Assembly: GCA_963675665.1 (NCBI GenBank)
Contig: OY776510.1
Coordinates: 339,467 to 403,466 of the forward strand
DNA length: 64,000 nt
Source: Spirochaetia bacterium
Lineage (GTDB): Bacteria > Spirochaetota > Spirochaetia > UBA9216
Direction of reading: 5' to 3'
The notes under the pieces are model-generated. The model did no database searches, was not told where the DNA came from, and saw nothing but the letters and a program-made list of their open reading frames with translations. The translations under genes were made by a program, and so were the position numbers. Of this stretch, positions 29,889 through 38,092 are shown piece after piece (position 1 is the stretch's first letter; every line of letters begins with the position of its first letter).

Positions 29889-31307
29889 TCAGACTATCCT
29901 GAAATTATCAACCAGAACGCACCGCCGTTCCCTGGTAAATGTCCTTGCCCTGGTGAACCCTTCCCCGGTAGGGCTGGCTATCGTAAAAGACGTGAACCCT
30001 GAACCGCCGTAACCCATACCGTTGAAATTCGAACCGTTTTTAACAAACAGCGAACAGTTCATAATTCTGGCCATTTTTGAGAGCTTGTCGATGTTGGTTG
30101 AATGTATCGACGCGCTGTGCCTGAAACCGTGTTCAACTTCAAAAGCAAAATCAATCGCTTCGTCTACATTGTTCATTCTTACAAGCGGGATTACGGGCAT
30201 CAGCTGCTCGGTCCATACCAGGGGATGAGAACCGTCGACTTCGCACAGCAGGATTCGCGTTTCCTCCGGAATATCAAGCCCTATCATTCCGGCAATTACC
30301 GATGCGTTTTTACCAACATATTTTTTGTTTATCGCACCTTCATCGCCTTTTCTTCCGGGCCGTTCGATAACCATATCCGTAACCGCCTTAATCTGTTCCG
30401 AACCCAGTTCAAAAGCTCCCTGTCTGCACATTTCCGTTTTCAGAAGGTCGGCCACCTGCCTGACGACAAAGATTTCCTTTTCGCAGATACAAACGATATT
30501 GTTGTCAAAACCTGTGCCGGCAACTATGTCCCTTGCGGCTTTAGGAATATCAGCTGTTTCATCAACAACTACCGGCGGATTTCCGGGACCGGCGGCTATT
30601 ACTTTTTTTGAGGACTGCCGCGCAAGGTTAACCACTGCCGGACCGCCCGTAACCGTAAGCAAGTCTACCAGCGGGTGCTTCATAAGCATCTGACCGGACT
30701 CTATTGTAGGTGCATCAACAGTAGTTATTACGTTATCAGGGCCCCCGGCTTCGGCAATTGCCCTGTTCAATATGCCTACCGTAAAAACCGATACCTTTTT
30801 AGCCGCCGGATGCGGGTTAAAAACCACCGTATTGCCGGCGGCAAGCATACTGATGGAATTATTGATTATGGTTTCGGTCGGATTAGTACTGGGCGCAATT
30901 GCCCCTATTACGCCGTACGGCGCATTTTCCACCAGCGTCAGCCCGTGATCATCGGTAAAACTCTGCGGCTCCAGGTCTTCCACGCCGGGAGTTAAATCGG
31001 CGGCAAGGGCGTTCTTTTTTAATTTATCTTCATACCGCCCCATTCCTGTTTCTTCCACAGCCATGGCGGCCAGTTTTTCCACGTTGGCATGAACTGCTGC
31101 TCGCATTTCCTTTATCATCTTTCGCCGGACTTCCAGACTTGTCTTCCGGTAAACGCCGAATGCTTTCGAGGCCTCATAGACGGCCTTGTTGATATCAGGA
31201 AAGACTCCGGGCACACTGTAAGCCGCCGCTTCTTTCCTGCCGTCGGTATTTAATTCCTCAATTACATTTTTCACTATCTCACTGACAGCTTTTTCATCAA
31301 TTTCCAT
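29889..31307 (-). CDS. CoA-acylating aldehyde dehydrogenase (EutE/PduP-like) with N-terminal encapsulation helix
   Basis: 472 aa ALDH fold with catalytic-Cys region NNIVCICEKE and AAGPGNPP. N-terminal amphipathic helix EKAVSEIVKNVIEEL. Confidence 0.85.
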   Translation of the reverse strand: MEIDEKAVSEIVKNVIEELNTDGRKEAAAYSVPGVFPDINKAVYEASKAFGVYRKTSLEVRRKMIKEMRAAVHANVEKLAAMAVEETGMGRYEDKLKKNALAADLTPGVEDLEPQSFTDDHGLTLVENAPYGVIGAIAPSTNPTETIINNSISMLAAGNTVVFNPHPAAKKVSVFTVGILNRAIAEAGGPDNVITTVDAPTIESGQMLMKHPLVDLLTVTGGPAVVNLARQSSKKVIAAGPGNPPVVVDETADIPKAARDIVAGTGFDNNIVCICEKEIFVVRQVADLLKTEMCRQGAFELGSEQIKAVTDMVIERPGRKGDEGAINKKYVGKNASVIAGMIGLDIPEETRILLCEVDGSHPLVWTEQLMPVIPLVRMNNVDEAIDFAFEVEHGFRHSASIHSTNIDKLSKMARIMNCSLFVKNGSNFNGMGYGGSGFTSFTIASPTGEGFTRARTFTRERRCVLVDNFRIV

Positions 31308-31860
31308 TGAAAAACCCCTTAAGGTCCGGATGCGGGCCCGGTATTATCACTCTGCTGTAAAGCATGCCCTTGCTGAAAAGCGGTTCTGCCGCTGCGTCAA
31401 CCGCAGGCTGTACATCGCTTACCGGCCCGTTTATCATCAAAATTCCCCGGCCGCCTGTTTCGTTCCCTGCCTTGATGGATACTATGTCGATTTCAGCCTT
31501 CTTTGCGGCCCTGTCAGCGGCTTCTATGGCGCCGGCAACGGACACTGATTCGACTATACCCAGCGCGTCGGGGGCCCGGGGGGCGCGGAACGTCTGCAGG
31601 GCCGGCAGAATACTACCGTCCAGAGCAGTGAGCAGCAGATGATCAAGTATCATGCTGCTGTTTTCAACAGCCCCGATTCCGGCATCAAGCGCTATTTCCG
31701 TCGACGCGACATCGCCGGTAACAAGAATCAGGAATTTACCCGGATTGACAATGTCCGCCTTCAATACTGAAACCGGAGCCGACTTTATCATTGCATCAAG
31801 GCACACATAACCGTCTGCGATGCTGAGCAGTTCAAGAACACCAAGAATTTCAGCATTCAT
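31297..31860 (-). CDS. BMC-T shell protein, tandem-BMC-domain PduT-like
   Basis: 187 aa with two PF00936 repeats. Alignable end-to-end with PduT (ILGVLELLSIADG...PGKFLILV...). Confidence 0.75.
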   Translation of the reverse strand: MNAEILGVLELLSIADGYVCLDAMIKSAPVSVLKADIVNPGKFLILVTGDVASTEIALDAGIGAVENSSMILDHLLLTALDGSILPALQTFRAPRAPDALGIVESVSVAGAIEAADRAAKKAEIDIVSIKAGNETGGRGILMINGPVSDVQPAVDAAAEPLFSKGMLYSRVIIPGPHPDLKGFFNGN

Positions 31861-32144
31861 TTTCTGTATACTTCCCTTCCGTTTTCAACTACAGAATCGA
31901 CAATTCCTACTATGAGCGCATCAACGGGTTTGTCGATCGTAGAGGGCGTCTGCCTTGTTGACGAGCCCTGTGAAACCATAACAATCTCGTCTTTACCGGC
32001 GCCGATTATATCCAGCGCTATCATGTCGCCGCCTGCCGTTTTGCCTTCGGGCGTCAGCGGGGACACAACCAGATACGCCGGCGAATCAAGTCCGTCCGCT
32101 CTGACTGCCGCAACAACCGTGCCGCTTACTTTTGCCAGCAGCAT
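31857..32144 (-). CDS. BMC vertex protein (BMC-P)
   Basis: 95 aa EutN/CcmL-like (MLLAKVSGTVVAAV...DIIGAGKDE). Confidence 0.8.
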   Translation of the reverse strand: MLLAKVSGTVVAAVRADGLDSPAYLVVSPLTPEGKTAGGDMIALDIIGAGKDEIVMVSQGSSTRQTPSTIDKPVDALIVGIVDSVVENGREVYRK

Positions 32145-32446
32145 TATTTTAAGCCCGCCTTTGAATAAACGATCTTTCCGTCGATTTCCAGATTATCAAC
32201 TATGGCTGTTATTGTCGCGTCGCTCGGTTTTCCACTTGTAACATCAGTCTGCCGGCTGCTGCTTCCGGTCACATAGAATACTATCTCGCCCATCCCTGCG
32301 CCTACGGCATCCATTGCGACAATAAAATCGTTTTTACCTTTCATTGTCTTCGGATCCAGTTTTTCAACCAGAAGGAATTTAATTCCGTCAAGCCTCGGCT
32401 CTTTCATAGTCGAGACTACCGTGCCGACCACTTTTGAAAGTACCAT
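32144..32446 (-). CDS. BMC vertex protein (BMC-P)
   Basis: 100 aa EutN/CcmL-like (MVLSKVVGTVVST...DAVGAGMGE). Confidence 0.8.
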   Translation of the reverse strand: MVLSKVVGTVVSTMKEPRLDGIKFLLVEKLDPKTMKGKNDFIVAMDAVGAGMGEIVFYVTGSSSRQTDVTSGKPSDATITAIVDNLEIDGKIVYSKAGLK

Positions 32447-32449
32447 CGG

Positions 32450-32749
32450 TTACTTCTTGCCTTCGGCTCTTCCAAGCGGATAGACAGCGTCAACGCTTTC
32501 ATGGGGCCTGGGTATAATACTCACTGAAATAATTTCGCCCACACGCTCTGCTGCGCGGTTGCCCGCATCAAGAGCAGCCCTGACTGCCGCCACATCTCCC
32601 CTTATCACGGACGTTGTATACCCGCCGCCGATTTTAACCTGGCCGATGAGTTCAACATTGGCCGCTTTTACCATTGCATCCGAGGCTTCAACCATTGCGG
32701 CGAATCCTCGTGTCTCTATCATTCCCAAAGCATTTTCAGTTATTGCCAT
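32450..32749 (-). CDS. BMC-H hexameric shell protein (PduA/EutM-like)
   Basis: 99 aa. ALGMIETRGFAAMVEASDAMVKAANV...GGGYTTSVIRGDVAAV. Confidence 0.9.
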   Translation of the reverse strand: MAITENALGMIETRGFAAMVEASDAMVKAANVELIGQVKIGGGYTTSVIRGDVAAVRAALDAGNRAAERVGEIISVSIIPRPHESVDAVYPLGRAEGKK

Positions 32750-33376
32750 TTATTCCTCCCTTCCGTTTATATCAGCAAGCCTTGCTTCGACCACATCCTT
32801 GCTTACAAGCACTTCGGCCTCTTCACCCGCGATATAAACTCTTCCGTATTTACCATACCCAGTTACATTTATAATCTTGATAGTGGACGCTTTCTCTGCT
32901 TCATTAGCCGCATAAAAAGCATATCCGGCCGGTTCGATCTCAAGAACAAACAGGGTATCTCCCCTCAGCACCATATTCCCATACCGGACTTTATTTACAA
33001 GCTGTGCATGGTGATCACTGACGTTTTTGATAAGCTGGCTTGTAAGAACGCGGGGTTTCATCCTGCTGGCCTCTTCCAGTTTCAGCTCTTCAAGGACGGC
33101 ACTCCCGGCCTGCCTTACATCGGCCTGACTGTCTGAATGGACCTCCAGCAGGCCGAAGGAGCGCTCAACTATCTGTATACCCGGGACCACATTCGTGGCC
33201 TTCAGGGCAATATCGGTAAGCCTGTTTATTTCTATTCCCGGTGAGATCTCAATAAACGCGCAGGCCTGGCCTCCCACAGGGAAATACCCCCGTGAAATAG
33301 TGCACATATACGACGCCATCTGAAGCTGCAGCGAATCAATAAAATTATAAGTTCGAAGATCTACGTTGTTCATCAT
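32750..33376 (-). CDS. BMC-T shell protein, circularly permuted tandem BMC (EutL/PduB-like)
   Basis: 208 aa; permuted BMC-domain signatures. Lacks the RHxH motifs of PduL, which excludes a phosphotransacylase. Confidence 0.55.
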   Translation of the reverse strand: MMNNVDLRTYNFIDSLQLQMASYMCTISRGYFPVGGQACAFIEISPGIEINRLTDIALKATNVVPGIQIVERSFGLLEVHSDSQADVRQAGSAVLEELKLEEASRMKPRVLTSQLIKNVSDHHAQLVNKVRYGNMVLRGDTLFVLEIEPAGYAFYAANEAEKASTIKIINVTGYGKYGRVYIAGEEAEVLVSKDVVEARLADINGREE

Positions 33377-33382
33377 TCACAC

Positions 33383-33670
33383 TCAGCCGTTCAGCGGCAG
33401 TTTCGCGTCTACAGAAGAATCCGGCCGGGGTATCAGGTGTACTGAAATAACCTCCCCAATTTTTTCGCCGGCCCTGCTTCCTGCATCAAGAGCAGCCTTT
33501 ACAGCGGCAACGTCTCCCCGGATTACGGCGGTAACGTATCCCCCGCCGGTTTTTTCCCAGCCTTTCAAATCGACTTTCGCAGCTTTTACCATCGCATCCG
33601 AAGCTTCAACAAGAGCGGCGAACCCCTTTGTTTCTATCATACCTAATGCTTCCGTCTGTATGTCAGCCAT
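33383..33670 (-). CDS. BMC-H hexameric shell protein (PduA/EutM-like)
   Basis: 95 aa. ALGMIETKGFAALVEASDAMVKAAKV...GGGYVTAVIRGDVAAV. Confidence 0.9.
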   Translation of the reverse strand: MADIQTEALGMIETKGFAALVEASDAMVKAAKVDLKGWEKTGGGYVTAVIRGDVAAVKAALDAGSRAGEKIGEVISVHLIPRPDSSVDAKLPLNG

Positions 33671-33681
33671 ACAACCTCCTG

Positions 33682-34461
33682 TTAAACAGTAAATAATTCT
33701 ATGCCATAATCCCTGATAATACGTTCATATTCTTCAGGAATACCGGTATCCGTTATAATTGCACTGAAATCTTCAAGTGAAGCAAAATAATTGGTCTGGA
33801 CCTTTCCGAATTTACTCGAATCAATCAGCAGAATCCTTTTCTGGCTGGATTCCATTATCGCTTCCTTTACAGCCCTCTCGTGGTGAATCTTTGTCGTCAC
33901 TCCCAGCTCTGCGGTTGCTCCGCTGGCCGAGACAAAGGCTGTAACCGCCCGTGTCCGCCTGATAAGAGACAAACCCTCGGGACTTTCAAACATCTGGGAA
34001 CGTTCATGAAACAACCCCCCGGCAAACAGCACCTGGCAGTTTTTCTTTCTGGTCATTTCATTCAGCACATTAAGCGAGTAGCAGAGTACTGTCAGGGGAA
34101 AATCAGCCGGAATCAGCCTGGAAACCAGTTCCATCGTCGAACCGGAATCGAGAGTGATAACATCGTCGGGGTCGATAAGGGAAACAGCTTTTTCGGCTAT
34201 CCTCTTTTTTTCGGCCATCCTGATCGTTCCCGCGACAGGCAGAGTATAATCCGCTTCCGGGTTTCTGCCTGTCGTTCCGGAATTGTAAAATACCCCTCCG
34301 TGCCTTGAAAGAACAAGATTCTGATCTTCAAGGATTCTCAGATCACGGCGTATCGTCATCTCTGATACCTGCAGCTTCCCGGAAAGATACTTTACATCCG
34401 CTGATTTGTTTTCTTCGAGATATTCAACTATCGAATTCAGCCGCCTGATTTTCTTGTTCAT
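33682..34461 (-). CDS. DeoR/GlpR family transcriptional regulator (first gene of BMC operon)
   Basis: 259 aa. N-terminal HTH (ADVKYLSGKLQVSEMTIRRDLRILE) plus DeoR C-terminal sugar-phosphate sensor domain. Stop lies 11 bp from the first shell gene. Confidence 0.8.
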   Translation of the reverse strand: MNKKIRRLNSIVEYLEENKSADVKYLSGKLQVSEMTIRRDLRILEDQNLVLSRHGGVFYNSGTTGRNPEADYTLPVAGTIRMAEKKRIAEKAVSLIDPDDVITLDSGSTMELVSRLIPADFPLTVLCYSLNVLNEMTRKKNCQVLFAGGLFHERSQMFESPEGLSLIRRTRAVTAFVSASGATAELGVTTKIHHERAVKEAIMESSQKRILLIDSSKFGKVQTNYFASLEDFSAIITDTGIPEEYERIIRDYGIELFTV

Positions 34462-34656
34462 TGCAATAAGTCAGTGTAGATCCGGAAGTGTTATTTGTCA
34501 AACATTTTATCATTTTTTGTTATTATTTTGTTACTTTTAACATTTTGAGTTTTGAACTGATCCAATAAAAAAGGAGGCTGTCGCCCCCTTATATCCAATA
34601 ACGCAAATCCTGCTCAAATTACTAATCCAAGCAAGACTTCGAGAACTGATTTTTTT

Positions 34657-34678
34657 AACTGCAGTTTTTAGAAGTCTC
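34657..34678. repeat. partial copy of the palindromic repeat family (AACTGCAGTTTTTAGAAGTCTC) at the galE 3' end
   Basis: Shares 20 bp with the perfect palindrome at 46929-46958. GACTTC...GAAGTC arms form a hairpin at the gal/BMC operon boundary. Confidence 0.4.
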
Positions 34679-35668
34679 CTATTTAAGAAGCTCGTCCAGT
34701 TTGTCCCTGTAAACTTCCCATGAAGTTGCGATAAGTGTCTCACAGTCGCTGTATTCGGCAACCCAGCCGAGCTTCTCTTTGGCCATTGCAGACGATGCAA
34801 CAAGTTTTGCAGGGTCCCCGGGTCGTCTGCCTACAATTTCGGAAGGAATCTCGCGTCCTGAAATTCTGCGTGCTTCTTCCAGCAGTTCCAGCACCGACAG
34901 CCCGTTTTCAGAACCAAGGTTAACGGTAAGGCTCTCGTCTTTCTCATTAATATATTTCAGGGCCCTGACATGGGCATCGGCCAGGTCAGTCACATGAACG
35001 TAATCACGCACCCCGGTTCCGTCTTTTGTGTCGTAGTCGTTACCGAAAATCTGGAGCTTTTCACGTATCCCCGCGGCAGTCTCCATTATCACAGGAAGCA
35101 GATTAGCCGGGTTGCGTTCAAGGCCCCTGATTTCACCGTCAACATCGTAGCCGGCTGCATTGAAGTATCTTAAAGCTGCATATTTCAAGCCCTTAAGTTT
35201 ATCATACCAGGAAAGGAACCGTTCAATCTCAAGCTTGGTGAAACCGTAGTAGTTTTCCGGGTTTTTAGGGTGCTCTTCGTCTACCGGAAGCCTTTTCGGT
35301 TCACCGAAAATAGCTGCTGACGAGGAAAAAACAAGCTTTTTCACACCGGCATCACAAAGAGCGTTAAGAATATTAATGGTGCCTGAGATATTGTTAACCG
35401 AATACTTCTCCGGATGAATCATCGACTCGCCTGCGGCTTTGAAGGCGGCAAGATGCACTGCCGCATCAAACTTATCAGACTGGAATGCATCTGAAAGTTC
35501 CAGCTGATTCAGAATATCCCCCTCAATAAACCCGGCTTCACTGAAAAGATTTTCTTCACGGCCCGAGGAAAGGTTGTCGAATACGGTTATTTTATGTCCC
35601 GCGTTTAAAAAAGCCTTTACAACATGGCTGCCGATATACCCGGCGCCGCCTATTACCATTACTTTCAT
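34679..35668 (-). CDS. galE: UDP-glucose 4-epimerase
   Basis: 329 aa SDR family. N-terminal MKVMVIGGAGYIGSHVV and YxxxK active site. Confidence 0.85.
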   Translation of the reverse strand: MKVMVIGGAGYIGSHVVKAFLNAGHKITVFDNLSSGREENLFSEAGFIEGDILNQLELSDAFQSDKFDAAVHLAAFKAAGESMIHPEKYSVNNISGTINILNALCDAGVKKLVFSSSAAIFGEPKRLPVDEEHPKNPENYYGFTKLEIERFLSWYDKLKGLKYAALRYFNAAGYDVDGEIRGLERNPANLLPVIMETAAGIREKLQIFGNDYDTKDGTGVRDYVHVTDLADAHVRALKYINEKDESLTVNLGSENGLSVLELLEEARRISGREIPSEIVGRRPGDPAKLVASSAMAKEKLGWVAEYSDCETLIATSWEVYRDKLDELLK

Positions 35669-35688
35669 TTAATACTCCCGTCCCTGCA

Positions 35689-36966
35689 CTACAATACTCT
35701 GCAGGCAGGTTTATTTCTGATTCCGAGCTCTGCGCAACATCCTTCTCCAAAAATACGCTCCATGTAAACAGTATACTCGTTTACACGGTTTACTGGAATA
35801 TATGCCTGGACAGTTCCGGCAAATCCTCCGCCCTGCACACGGCAGGCGCCGTCGCCGGATAGAAACTGCTCACTGAATGCGAGTCCGATACTCAAAGCCT
35901 GTTCAGCCGGCCTTCTTCCGATATATATGTTCTGAAGATATTTAAACGACGAATTACCCGATTCATTTACCAGCCTTAAATATTCGGCAAAATCATCATT
36001 TTCAAGAGCCTTAAACTGGGCAACTGTCCTTTTGTTTTCGTTGATAAAATGAAAAGCCCGAAGAACGGCCCTGTCTCCGCAGCTTTCGCGAATACCCCGG
36101 ATATTATCCGACAGCTGGTCCATTGTGATTCCGCGGCAGACATCCCTTCCGAGCCTCCCGGCTGCACAGCGCATTTCTTTCGGTATTGCGCTGTATTCAT
36201 CCGACAAATCTGCGTGGCTCGATCCGACTGCGGTGACCATCAGGCTGTAGCCTTTCGCGGCAAAACTGTAGCTGATCGGTTTTATAACAGGCGCTTCCGG
36301 ATTTTTAAAATCGATGCCCACTACACCGCCTGCAGCACAGGCTACCTGGTCCATCAGGCCGCAGGCCTTGCCGAAATATTGGTTTTCGGCAAACTGACCT
36401 ATCTGTGATACCTCGACATAGCCGACTTTTCCGTTGTTATACAATTCGCTCAACACCGTTCCAATCAGAACTTCTATTGATGCCGAAGAGCTTAACCCGG
36501 ATCCGGGCAGGACCTTTGAATCCATATTGCAGTTAAACCCGCCGGTTTTATAACCAAGCTCTTTGAAGCGGAAAAGAATGCCTCTGAGCAAAGCTGTAGT
36601 TGTGTCTTTTTCGCCTGCACGCACCGAAAGATCTGCCGTATCGAGCGTTACGGGATCATAGCCTTCGGAGATAAACCTAACCTTGCTTCCATCCGTTTTG
36701 GAAGCAACACATACTGAATCAAGCTCTACACTTCCTGCCAGTACATTTCCATGATTGTGATCCGTATGGTTTCCTCCCAGTTCAGTACGTCCCGGAGTAC
36801 TGATCACCATTGCTTCCGTATCGCCGAATAACTCATTATGCATATTCAACAATTTAAGATACCGTTCTCTTTGGGCCGGAAGCGCAGCCTCATTGTAGAT
36901 TTCACCAAGAACGACATCGGCTGAACAGGTTGTTACATCCCTGATAAGTTCTTTAATCGTCTTCAT
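35689..36966 (-). CDS. galK: galactokinase (GHMP kinase)
   Basis: Galactokinase signature PGRTELGGNHTDHN, PGSGLSSSASIEV and GGGFAG motifs. Confidence 0.75.
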   Translation of the reverse strand: MKTIKELIRDVTTCSADVVLGEIYNEAALPAQRERYLKLLNMHNELFGDTEAMVISTPGRTELGGNHTDHNHGNVLAGSVELDSVCVASKTDGSKVRFISEGYDPVTLDTADLSVRAGEKDTTTALLRGILFRFKELGYKTGGFNCNMDSKVLPGSGLSSSASIEVLIGTVLSELYNNGKVGYVEVSQIGQFAENQYFGKACGLMDQVACAAGGVVGIDFKNPEAPVIKPISYSFAAKGYSLMVTAVGSSHADLSDEYSAIPKEMRCAAGRLGRDVCRGITMDQLSDNIRGIRESCGDRAVLRAFHFINENKRTVAQFKALENDDFAEYLRLVNESGNSSFKYLQNIYIGRRPAEQALSIGLAFSEQFLSGDGACRVQGGGFAGTVQAYIPVNRVNEYTVYMERIFGEGCCAELGIRNKPACRVL

Positions 36967-38006
36967 TCTGCTGCCTCCCTGCTGAAGTGGATTTCCGGTA
37001 CTGCCCGGAGGGTTGAAGCCGCACCTTCCGCGCTGATATCCCTTTGCGGCATTGCAAGAAGCTCATACCCAACCATAAATTTCCTTATTTCGGCGGATCG
37101 CAGCAGCGGAGGGAAATAGTGAAAGTGAAAATGTACTTCAGGATACTCGCCGCCGTCGGTAGGTTTCTGATGGATTCCCATCGAATACGGAAATCTTGTC
37201 TGAAAAAGATTATCGTATTTGATGCCGAGCAAACGCAGAACGACTGCAAGATCCGTCTTCTCTTTATCATTCATAAGCGAAATACTGCCCATATGCCGTT
37301 TCGGCAGGATCATTGTTTCATATGGCCAGACGGCCCAGAACGGAACCAGAACTACGAAGCTTTCATTTTCATGAATTACCCTGCTGCCGTCTTCAAGTTC
37401 CTGCTTCAGATAATCGCATAGCATACATGAATTCTTCTCTTCATAATGCATTTTTTGATTTAAAAGTTCCATAGCCGGAAGCACCGGTATTTCACGCTCG
37501 GCCCATATCTGGCCGTGGGGGTGCGGATTTGAGCAGCCCATCATCGAGCCCCGGTTTTCAAAAATCTGTACATGATTTATGAATTCCATTGAACCGAGTT
37601 CTATATACTGGTCAACCCAAAGCTGAACTACATTTTTTATATCTTCTGTTTTCATCAATGCAAGGGTAAGATCATGCCTGGGAGAAAAACAGATTACACG
37701 GCATAAACCCTGTTCGGTTTTAGCCTGCAGAAGTCCGTTCTTATACACGCCTTCTTCTGTTTTCGGGAGAATGGCCATAAAATCATTATCAAAAACAAAA
37801 GTCCCGCTATAGTCGGGGTTCTTTATATCTCCGGCCCTTTTATTCCCCGGACAAAGATAACAGCCCGGATCATATTCCGGTAATCTTTCAGTAACGCTCT
37901 TGTCGACCTGTCCGTTCCACGGTCTTCTTGTCCGGTGCGGCGACACCTTTACCCATTCTCCCGTCAGGATATTCAGTCTGCGGTGAGGGTCTTCATTGAA
38001 ATTCAA
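36963..38006 (-). CDS. galT: galactose-1-phosphate uridylyltransferase
   Basis: HPHGQ active-site motif; N-terminus aligns with E. coli GalT (NFNEDPHRRLNILTGEWV). Likely TTG start at 38006 behind GGAGG gives 347 aa. The track's 38066 start falls inside the operator palindrome and was rejected. Confidence 0.8.
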   Translation of the reverse strand: MNFNEDPHRRLNILTGEWVKVSPHRTRRPWNGQVDKSVTERLPEYDPGCYLCPGNKRAGDIKNPDYSGTFVFDNDFMAILPKTEEGVYKNGLLQAKTEQGLCRVICFSPRHDLTLALMKTEDIKNVVQLWVDQYIELGSMEFINHVQIFENRGSMMGCSNPHPHGQIWAEREIPVLPAMELLNQKMHYEEKNSCMLCDYLKQELEDGSRVIHENESFVVLVPFWAVWPYETMILPKRHMGSISLMNDKEKTDLAVVLRLLGIKYDNLFQTRFPYSMGIHQKPTDGGEYPEVHFHFHYFPPLLRSAEIRKFMVGYELLAMPQRDISAEGAASTLRAVPEIHFSREAAE

Positions 38007-38039
38007 ATTTCTGCCTCCGGTTTGAATATAAATAAATGC

Positions 38040-38067
38040 TTGACAATAATATGTACACGTGTACAAT
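38040..38067 (+). promoter_or_regulatory. sigma70-like promoter (TTGACA-16-TACAAT) overlapped by perfect 14-bp palindrome TGTACACGTGTACA (38052-38065), a putative LacI-family operator
   Basis: -35 at 38040-38045 and -10 at 38062-38067, upstream of the LacI-family gene. The palindrome fits the LacI/GalR-family operator architecture and lies between the divergent regulator and galTKE. Confidence 0.45.
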
Positions 38068-38092
38068 ACTATGAGATGAGGCGCAGGTCAAT

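Noticed and set aside
32750-33376. 208-aa ORF considered as PduL-type phosphotransacylase (similar size)
   Set aside because: It lacks the duplicated RHxH metal-binding motifs of PF06130. Sequence instead resembles a circularly permuted tandem BMC domain (EutL/PduB-like).
29258-33692. Numerous 60-170-aa antisense ORFs inside the BMC operon (for example 30102-30611, 32559-32837, 33366-33692)
   Set aside because: Antisense shadow ORFs within well-supported BMC genes; Ala/Pro/Ser-rich translations without homology.
38007-38066. ORF-track start of galT at 38066
   Set aside because: This codon is TTG inside the operator palindrome, and the encoded N-terminus (YTCTYYCQAFIY) has no GalT homology. 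A TTG at 38006 with GGAGG gives the canonical N-terminus.
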